Shown piece by piece: positions 10,935-19,986 of a DNA stretch of 64,000 nucleotides. Below the pieces are notes generated by a model. That model worked only from the letters and a program-made list of their open reading frames with translations, did not search any database and had not been told where the DNA came from. Where the stretch lies: positions 6,732,914-6,796,913 of the forward strand of contig NC_134034.1 in NCBI RefSeq assembly GCF_964204645.1, read 5' to 3'. A program made the translations under genes and the position numbers. Source of the DNA: Tubulanus polymorphus. Lineage: Eukaryota > Animalia > Nemertea. Each line of letters opens with the position of its first letter. The stretch's first letter is position 1.

Positions 10935-12251
10935 ATGGATGAGAAGATAGCATGCGAAATTTGTGGTGAACTTCTAAGAAAAAGTAATATGGCTCGACAT
11001 ACGAAAAAACATGATGAAAATTATAAACCCCCTAAAATAAACTGCCCAAAATGTAATAAATTATTCTCAAGAAATTATGTTAAAAAACATTCAGAGAAGT
11101 GTAAAATTAATGGCGCAACGGCTAATGTTGATAGTAACGAAAGTAATAGTAATTCTGCTGAAGTTGAACCTGAAGTTATTTGGAAAAGACCTTTCTTATT
11201 CTATGACAAGGATAATATAAAAGATCATTTCTGTAAGCCTTGTCGAATAAAATATAGCCCTGAAAATATAGAAGATTGGGAGAATCATCAATTTCGTAAA
11301 GTACATATAGATAAAATTTCTAATAAATTTGAAACTGAATTCAATGAAAGAAAAGATAATTTATTAGAAAAAATAAAATATGAGAAAACGTTACCAGATA
11401 ATAAAGAAACAGTTGAAAAGTTAGAAAAACAATATAATGAATTAACAAGAAAAACATATTATTGTAAATATTGTAAATTGATTATTACAACAAGTAATTC
11501 AAATCTACATAATAGAACAATAAAACATAAAGAAAACGTAAGAAAATACCAAGAGCTTAATGATGATCTATTACCAATAAATTATAAACAAAAATGTCCA
11601 CAATGTAGTTATGCGACCTTAAGACAAGAAGGTACTGTGTTATTTTGTAATGAATGTGGATGGCAAAAGAATTTATTGGGTGAAGAAAAAACTAGAAATT
11701 TTCTCATAGATCCAAAATTAAATTATCTTGATGAAATTTTTAAAATATTTTCTATAGAAGATCATACACCAGAATATATGCAATGGCTTGAAAAAATGAA
11801 AATAATAGAAAATAAAAATGGTGAAATAACTAAAAAAGATATTATAAAAACAATTATTCCGTCAACATTTAACACAAAAGAAAAGAAAATGTATTTATAT
11901 TTATTATTTAACGATTATTATGAAAAACCTAAATTAACAGAAGAAGATATGAAAAATATAAAAAAAATATTCAAACAAATATTAATGTATCATTTGGAAA
12001 ATAGAATAACAGATTCAATTAATTATGAATTCTTTTTAAATAAGATTGTAAATTATTTAAACATAAATATTATAATTCCATTTGATGAATTAACAAACAA
12101 AAAGAAACAAAGAGAGCGAGATGAAATGTGGAACAAGATAGAACTTTATTTAAATGAGAAAAATGGAATGGAAGAAGAACCTGAACAATTAAATGGAAAT
12201 GAAGAAGCCAATAGTGATTTCGATTATGATGATATTGATTTTATGTTTTAA
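10935..12251 (+). CDS. C2H2 zinc-finger protein with C-terminal poxvirus VLTF3 (A2L)-like domain
   Basis: Intact 438-aa ORF. N-terminal CxxC..H..H fingers. From aa ~221: CPQC-x13-CNEC zinc ribbon, NFLIDPKLNYLDEIF, KIFKQILMYHLEN..SINYEFFLNKI and DEMWNKI, matching recalled VLTF3 motifs. Confidence 0.75.
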   Translation: MDEKIACEICGELLRKSNMARHTKKHDENYKPPKINCPKCNKLFSRNYVKKHSEKCKINGATANVDSNESNSNSAEVEPEVIWKRPFLFYDKDNIKDHFCKPCRIKYSPENIEDWENHQFRKVHIDKISNKFETEFNERKDNLLEKIKYEKTLPDNKETVEKLEKQYNELTRKTYYCKYCKLIITTSNSNLHNRTIKHKENVRKYQELNDDLLPINYKQKCPQCSYATLRQEGTVLFCNECGWQKNLLGEEKTRNFLIDPKLNYLDEIFKIFSIEDHTPEYMQWLEKMKIIENKNGEITKKDIIKTIIPSTFNTKEKKMYLYLLFNDYYEKPKLTEEDMKNIKKIFKQILMYHLENRITDSINYEFFLNKIVNYLNINIIIPFDELTNKKKQRERDEMWNKIELYLNEKNGMEEEPEQLNGNEEANSDFDYDDIDFMF

Positions 12252-15200
12252 TAACCATAAGGTAATGTTTTTATTCCATCATCCAAAATATGTCTTTTAT
12301 CATCAAATGGATTTAAACTAGTTTTTTCAACTTCATTAATGTACATCTCGTGATCTTCTGACCTTAAACAATTCTTTTTATGTTCCATTACAATTGATTT
12401 ATATAAACACTTTATATAATCTTGAAATTCTATATGTTTATCAACCACATGTTTTGTTATTCCTTTTAACTTTTTAGCTTCATGATCTTTTGTTCTGTAA
12501 CTATACATTTTACTTCTTATCCCAACAAATTCAATCATTTCATCTCCCCCTTATTCATCTTTAAATTTACCAGGAATCTTTTTATTATCATTGCTAAATA
12601 GTTCATGATCTTTGGGATAATTGCTAAAATCAAAATAATGTTTTAATGTTTTTAAGTCTTTTGTTATATCATTTGTCTTGATTTTTAGTATGTAGGCGTC
12701 CGTATTTTTGGCTATTAATGGAAATCCACAGTTAAATGTGCCATCTTCAGTTGATAAGGTTACATATTTCAAATAAATCTTTAACTTCTTCTGTTAACTC
12801 ATTTTCTACATGGCTTAAATTAAAGCAATTTGGTTGAGATTTAATCAATCCAATATTCATATTAAAACCTAATGAATTGCATAATATATTTAATCCTGAT
12901 ATAGCAACTTTTCCTTTTTGAGCTGAAGATATTGTTTTGCGGTTTTTGAAACTTTTAGTACCATCTGCTGCGTAGAATCCAATGAAGAACCATTTTCTTA
13001 AATTATCTTTTGCATTTAATACATAATCTGGAACTATCTTTTCTTTTGTTGAAGTATTACTTTTAACTATTGCATGAATATAGAATTCATCATTATATTT
13101 TATAGCAAAATCTTTAGGATTATTTACAAGTATTCTATAAACTGCTGTTGATTTCATATGATCCACGATTCTAAATATTTTATGTGAATAAACTTCTTCA
13201 CAAAATTTCTTTGTTCTTTCTAATAATATTAAGTCTTGATTGCATAAATACCAGCAATATTGAGTGCGATTAACATAATTATACACACCTGCTGAACCAT
13301 CTCCCATGAAAAATCCTTTGATAAAATATTCTTTTTCATCCAATGTTTCGGGTTCTATATTATAAATATTATCAATTATTTCATCAAATGACATATGATT
13401 CATTCTTTGGAAAAATCTTTTATGTAATAATTCATCTCCAATTTTTATATCAGTTGGATTTATTTCATCACCATTTCGTTTAATTAAACTATGATCTTCT
13501 GTAACATCTACAAACCCTAATTTAATTCTAACTCTATAAATTTTCTTATTTGTTTTATGCCTAATAATTCTTTAATTTGTTCCATCCATTTCTTGTCCAA
13601 ATATCCATTAAACCATTTATTTGTATTAATTCTTTTTCACCATATGAAATATAACATTCATTTTGTTTTGGAATTATTTCTGAAATTCTTCTAATCAATA
13701 TTTTATCATTACATTTTAATAATATTGGGGTGTTAGCTGTTACAGAATCAAAATATAATATTTCAATATGCTTTTCCCCAAAAAGTGGTTGTAAAACATT
13801 ATAATAAAAATCATACATTAATAATTTTGATACTTCTAAAACAGTTGAACCAATGAATATAGGTTTATTAAATTTCATTGACGTTCTTTTTAATTTAACT
13901 GCTGTTAAATAATCTTCAAATCTTTTATTTCCTAAATGTCTAGGACTTGATTGTAAATGTCTTAATCGTTCAGAATTATTTACTAATTCAATATCATTTC
14001 TATTTCTAATATTTTCACATGTTTACCATAAAAACTATTATTCATTAATTTGAAGAAATCTTTTTCAAAATCTGTTTTTGATATTGTTCTCTGTTGAGTA
14101 TTGAAATCTATATATTTTTCTAACCACTTCGATTGATTAAATTCAATATATCTATGTACTTTCTTTAATTTCATTCCTTGTTTTAGATAAAATTTTAACA
14201 TTCTATAATGAACAATATAATTGTTTTTATTATTTTGAGTAAGAATTAATTTTTCTGTAAAAACATGATCATTCGGTTTTATTTTCTTCTGGTATTCACT
14301 TAAATAACTATCATCTACAGTTAAATGTTCTGGGCAATAAGGTAAGTTTCTTGTTTTAAACTTTATATTTTCAGGATATTCTAAATCAACTACAAAGAAA
14401 TAACCAATTGGTGCTTCATCTTCTAAACTCATAATTGCGCTTTCCCAATTAGTTTTATCATCATTTTCAACTTCTGTTAATATAAAATTTCTCCCATAAC
14501 ACCACTAATTCCACCTCTAATTGATTTTTCAAATAATAAAACCATGTCTGGTTCTTTTAATAAATCTAATTCTACATTTGTATATTTTAAACCACATTGC
14601 CAGGTTAAACCAGGACTAGAGTAGCAATAACAAGGATCAACATTAAAATGATTCAAATTAACTTCTCTAAATTTTTCAAATATGTCAGCCAATATCATAA
14701 CATCTGATTTTAAATATAAATCAACTAATTCACCATGATTTTTCATCTTAAAATGGTTCCAAATATTCAATGTTCTATTAAACACTTCGTCTTTCACATA
14801 CTCCTCTTTTAATTGATCATAAAATTGATCTTTTAATAATTCTGTTACATTATAATCATTGTGTGTTTTATAAAATGAATAAGGAATTGCACCTTTATAT
14901 CTCAATAATTTAAAATCTTGTTCATTTGGATAATAATATCGAGTTATAACAAAATCATTATCAACTAAACTTTTTGATAAATTATCTAATGAACTTGCTA
15001 GAAATCTATAAGAATCTAAAAATCTAATGCAACCAAATTGAAATGAAATATAATTTTCAGATGTTTTAGCTAATAGTTTAAAATCATATTTTCTTACATT
15101 TGCTTCATTCATAGCATTATATTCTTCTATTTCTTGATTAATTGCGCCCAATTTTCCCGATAATTGTTTTATAAATAGATGGGTATCATAGCCTGATAAA

Positions 15201-17199
15201 TTATGAAATAATATTGGTACGAAATTTACTTTTTTAGCTTGTAAATTGCAATCTTCATGAGCAGCTCCACGATATTTTGAATTTAAATGATCATGATCTC
15301 TAACTTTTTTATCAAATGAATAAAAACGTTTTTCACAATAACAACAATGAGTTGCATAATTAAAATCAATTTCATCTTCTTTTGTCATAACTATTCTTTT
15401 ATTTTTGTTTAATAATTTTGCAAAATCACTTTCTAATTCAATCATTTTGTCACAAAAATCATTAACTACATTTTCACCTCTAAAAGAAATATATTGACTT
15501 TCATATAATTCAGGATAGTTTGATTTTATGTAAATTCCATAAGCAGCAGCTCTTTGATGAACTTTTTTAATTGTATTTATAATTGGTGGGTCTTGAATTA
15601 TATCTTCATTTAATTCATTTCCTTTATCCATTGATTTTAATAATTGCTTTTTGTTATATATTTCTTTTCTATCTTGATCAGTTAATTCTTTATTCAACGA
15701 TTCAAAATCCCCATAAATTACAAATGGAATAATATTTTTAAATTTATGATTAGTAAATTTCAACTTACAATCTTTTTTTGTTGGCATTATTAATTTACAA
15801 AAATCTTTATTATCACATAATTCTTTATGTTTTAATAATGTGTTCTCAGTCATAAATTTAGATAAACATTTTCTACATAGATAAATTTTATTATGGTGAT
15901 CACTTTCTGTTCTAAAGAATAAATCAATTTCTTTTAACCACATATAATGTTCATTTTCTTCTTTTTTGTAATATAACAAATCTATAGCACTTTCATCATC
16001 ATAATACTCTGTTAAATATAAAGCTTCCAATGTATAATCTTTAATATTTTCACCTTTTGTCTTTGGTAATTGCATTAATTCGAATACATTTATTTTTAAA
16101 TTATTAACTTTTTCTATCTTAGGAATCATTTTTATAGTTACTGGATATTGATCAATTTTATATAATGTTTCATATTTCCGGTAATTTGTTATTCTAAAAC
16201 TATGTGTAATATCTTCTGTTGGGTGTAAACAACTAATAATTGACGATAGAAAACATTTATTATCTTCATTTTGAACATTTATTACTGCTTTTGTTGTAAA
16301 TGGTAATTTAATATAAGATGATGCTTTAATATCCTTTTCTGTTGTAAAGTTTGAATCATTCTTAAACATTTTATTACTTTTTGATGTTTTATTTCTTTTT
16401 GTATTATAAACATTTAAATCTAAATATATAATTTCATTCAATGTTAAGCCAGAACCCTCAAAATATCTTTCTTCAATATGACGTTTAAATTCATTAAATA
16501 TTTTTTCTAACTTCTCTTTTATTTGTGTTTTTGAAATTATTTCTTCAGAGTGAGTTTGAATATTATAATTCATTTTTTCTTCTGACTTTATAAAACTTAC
16601 TTTCCCAGAGATACTAATTTTTGGATATTCAACATCTGTTATCAAATCTAGTATTTTTTCTATTATTTCATTAAATTTACTATAATCTTCTATTGTTGTT
16701 CCTTTAAAGAATCTAAATATAATAGCTGCAGGACCAATTTTACTATGTAATGTTTCTAATATTTCAATTGTATCTTTTATTTCTAGTGAATCAATATAAT
16801 TTCTAACATTTTCCATGTAAGGTTTATTTGAATGGATTTAGTTTTTGAAGTTGGTTTTTTTACATTTTGAGGTTTATCATCGAAATAATCTTTTCCTAAA
16901 ACATTATTACTCAAATTTTGATGGTGTTTTTGTGATTCGAGATGTCTATTATAATTCCTTTTTACTATAAATTCATTACAAACTTCACATTTTATTTCAT
17001 CCACATTCATATTTTCTAATCGTTCTTTTCTTTCATTGGATTTTTCTGGAGTTTCAAAATCTATTACATTTTTTATATGATTTGCAGATTTTTCATGTTT
17101 AGATTTATTAGATTTATCGATGTATTTTTTACAATATGGGCAATAATATTGATTTTTATTAACATTATTGTTTTCTGTCTGGTACTCACTCTCTCCCAT
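12248..17199 (-). pseudogene. polB: Protein-primed family B DNA polymerase (pPolB), fragmented and intein-containing
   Basis: ORFs 16783..17199, 14477..16816, 13983..14432, 13561..13878, 12551..12772 and 12248..12538. Motifs SSYIKLP/INVQNEDNKCF, ExoI YGDFES, endonuclease-VII-like VRDHDH...AAHEDCNL, FHNLSGYD, RFLDS, YLKSDV, motif B KLMNNSFYGK, motif C YFD/TD, GKFKDE, EFVGIRSKMYS, KLKGI, PFDDKR. Motif A region is missing. Confidence 0.95.
12704..13746 (-). mobile_element. Intein with LAGLIDADG homing endonuclease inserted in pPolB motif C (pol-c site)
   Basis: N-extein ...LYFD | SVTANTPILL (block A) ... DVTEDHSL (block B, shifted frame) ... GFFMGDG and GFYAADG (LAGLIDADG helices) ... LSTEDGTFNCG..IAKN (blocks F/G) | TDAY C-extein. 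Two frameshifts. Confidence 0.93.
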
Positions 17200-17281
17200 T
17201 TATAAGGAAAAAAAATTACTTGTGGTGATGAGTGGTGTTTAGTACTCTAGTACTCTGGTATGAACCCCTATTCCAAATACT

Positions 17282-17882
17282 TGTTTAAATTTGAATGTAC
17301 TAATAATTATAAAGAATATAAATAAGAAAGATGATATTTCGGCTTACATTGTATATTACTATTTAGACAAAATTAAATATCGTTCATTATGGGAATTGTG
17401 TTCATTGGATAAATGAAAAGTCTAGGAATCAGGACCCCGGCTCTGCGTCGTGGTGCTGCGTTGGTTGCTCGTTCCCTTTTACGGCTGGCCGCAAGCAGGG
17501 TTCTGGATTTTTCTTGGGTGTGGACGCAGCCGTATAAAGGGGGCCGCACCTCGAGAGAGAGCGGACTATTTTAGAAAGCATTTTCAGGGGAAGCATTAGA
17601 AGACTATAGAACAGATTACTTTCGGCTATCCGGTTGAATTGCATCTTCTTGTGTGCGGGATTTGAAACAAAATTCTAAATTAAAAGGTAGGGAATTTTAT
17701 AAATTGTTGAGAGTAAAGTTCAATTTAAATTGTTAGAATAAAAGTTGAGTATTATCATATTTAAATCCGGAGTTCCTTTTATTCCTTGGTTTTCGGGTTT
17801 CTGTGTTCGTGGTCGACTTTCTCGCCAGGGACCGGAGTTTGTGAAAGAGGAAAAAGACAGTAGAGAAAGGGACCGCGGAACA
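17282..17882 (+). repeat. 5' LTR (start tentative, end ...GGAACA firm)
   Basis: Ends in CA at 17882, three bases before the PBS. TATA-like TATAAA at ~17533 and AATAAA at ~17737. Confidence 0.7.
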
Positions 17883-17885
17883 TAT

Positions 17886-17903
17886 TGGTGCCGAAACCCG
17901 GGA
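17886..17903 (+). promoter_or_regulatory. Primer-binding site complementary to the tRNA-Phe 3' end
   Basis: TGGTGCCGAAACCCGGGA is the reverse complement of the eukaryotic tRNA-Phe 3' terminus. Confidence 0.9.
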
Positions 17904-18425
17904 ACTCCGGAATAATATATAATAAATTATCTACTTTAAATTCCAATTTAAATAACACAAAAAATTTCTGAATTTCTTATACGATAGTATTATATATGAT
18001 TTCTGAATTATGGATGAAGATATCATAGAGGCCCAAGAAACCTATGATTTTCTGTTAGAAGTATTTACGGATGGCCTATACGGTCTCTATTGGGCGGAGC
18101 AGGATGCGAACGCATCCGGGGACGAGGAAACATTTGAGCTTATTGTAAATGCTAATGGGCCAAAATTAAGGCACCTTCGAAATTGCCTCGTAGAAACCGC
18201 GGAAGTGCTGGGTAAAGAGCACAAGGACCCCTCATGGGCGGAAAGCTCTAGGTTTAATGCGATGATCTTTCAATAAATTTCATACATTGGCATTATTCAT
18301 ACGAATTTTAGGGATAATAATAATAATTATATAATGATAATAATAATAATAGTAATATCAGTTAGAATATCGGTAATAGTAATAATAATTTCAACAATAT
18401 AAATTTTGAACGAATTTTTTTTACA

Positions 18426-19601
18426 ATGACGACTCGAAGTCGGGCCCAAGGGGATCCGGGTACGGCTGCTGATAGTTCGGTCAGCAATGACACAGTCATG
18501 CGGGCGCTGACCGGGCTTCAGGGGCAGATGGGCTCGGCAGCAGCGTTTGTAAATTACAGCCTCCTTCCGAAATTCACAGGCCGGGACAATCAAGATGTGG
18601 ATGAATGGTTTAGGGGATTTGATAGGCTTGCTGAGCTCAGAGGCTGGACCGCTGAGGTAAAAAAGAAACAGATTTTCTGGTTTCTGTCCGGACCAGCTTT
18701 GGTCCTTTTCAACGATCTACACATCGATCAAGAAACTGATGTGGCTGGCAACTTAAAAATTACCCCTTGGGATGATATCGTTGCTGCTTTCATAAAACAG
18801 TTTAGCCCGACAACTTGGGCCATAGTCAGGGAATCTGCCCTGACAACCATGAAACAGGGGGAGGGGCAACCAATTGACCAATCTGCTGAGGACATCGATC
18901 GGATGGCCTCTAGCTTAAAGTTCTCTGATCACCAGAAGAAAATTTTGTTAATTAACAACTCGAAACCGGAAATTTCCTTTTATCCGCTGTCCCAGCGGCC
19001 CGCTACTTTTAGAGATGCCTGGGAGGCCGGTAGGATGGCAGAACACATAGAGAAAAAGAAGAAAACTACCCCCTCGGTTAATCAGCTTGAGGCAAGCCCG
19101 AATCAGGAGGTACGAGAAGTCATGGCTGAATTGCGTGACATGTTTAAACAACTCATGTCAACTCAGAATAGGGATTCGAACCCTAGACGCCATGACCAGC
19201 ATGAGAGGGGAGTATCTCCAGATGAAAGGCGATCTCTACAGAGATCAAGCGGAGGGAGCGTGATTTGTTACCGCTGCCACGCCCCGGGACATTACGCCCG
19301 TAACTGCCCTACCTGGCAAGTGGATCAGGGATATCAGAGGCGCCCAGATGACAGAAATCTTAATAATTCTAGCCCGGCAAACTCTAGACGTTATTATAAC
19401 AATAGAAGATTTAGCAATCAACGCACAGGTTTGAATTGGCCAAATCAGGGAAACGCCATGGGACCTCATCCTGTAGGAGACCAGCAAGGGTGGGGTCGAA
19501 CCACCATAAATGGTCGCCCTAGTGTAGCCAACGAACATCCTATGAGGAATGGCCGCCCAGTGACGAATCGACAATACGGCCCGCAACAAATGCGTCGCTA
19601 G
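18426..19601 (+). CDS. gag: Gag with CCHC zinc knuckle
   Basis: LPKFTGRDNQDVDEWF capsid motif, MKQGEGQ, and CYRCHAPGHYARNC. Confidence 0.9.
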   Translation: MTTRSRAQGDPGTAADSSVSNDTVMRALTGLQGQMGSAAAFVNYSLLPKFTGRDNQDVDEWFRGFDRLAELRGWTAEVKKKQIFWFLSGPALVLFNDLHIDQETDVAGNLKITPWDDIVAAFIKQFSPTTWAIVRESALTTMKQGEGQPIDQSAEDIDRMASSLKFSDHQKKILLINNSKPEISFYPLSQRPATFRDAWEAGRMAEHIEKKKKTTPSVNQLEASPNQEVREVMAELRDMFKQLMSTQNRDSNPRRHDQHERGVSPDERRSLQRSSGGSVICYRCHAPGHYARNCPTWQVDQGYQRRPDDRNLNNSSPANSRRYYNNRRFSNQRTGLNWPNQGNAMGPHPVGDQQGWGRTTINGRPSVANEHPMRNGRPVTNRQYGPQQMRR

Positions 19602-19986
19602 GGGAATCTGATTTCTGGTGGGATGATAGTTACTACTATCAACACTCGTATTACGATGATTCTTCCTGTAGAAATGATGATTTTTATAATGAGGACAGGT
19701 ATTTCTCGTCGCAATCGTGTTTAGATGATTGCGAATTATTTGATCCATCAGAATATGTTCAGGACTTGGAAACTGATTGGACTGATTCCTATTATTTTGA
19801 TGAAACTGAACTTAAAGATTATTCTGGAACGTTCTCTGAGTGTCGGACACCCTCGTGGGGGGCAGATCATGTTTATAACGGTCAAGACAAAGAATCTGAA
19901 TTTGAAAATGACTTAAAAGAAGATAAAGTTCGATTTAAGGATAAATTCTATGGAGAAGGGCATAAAAAGTCACATTTTGTGATCCG

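Larger units (their letters stand above)
1..17240 (-). mobile_element. Polinton/Maverick (polintovirus/adintovirus-like) endogenous viral element, decayed; continues off the left edge
   Basis: Compact, intronless, AT-rich gene block with A32-like ATPase, rve integrase, major and minor capsid proteins and pPolB. Many frameshifts and stops. Terminal inverted repeat not identified. Confidence 0.95.

Noticed and set aside
1-17240. Adenain-like cysteine protease and Polinton TIRs
   Set aside because: Not recognisable in the window; they may lie off the left edge or be deleted, so absence is not claimed.
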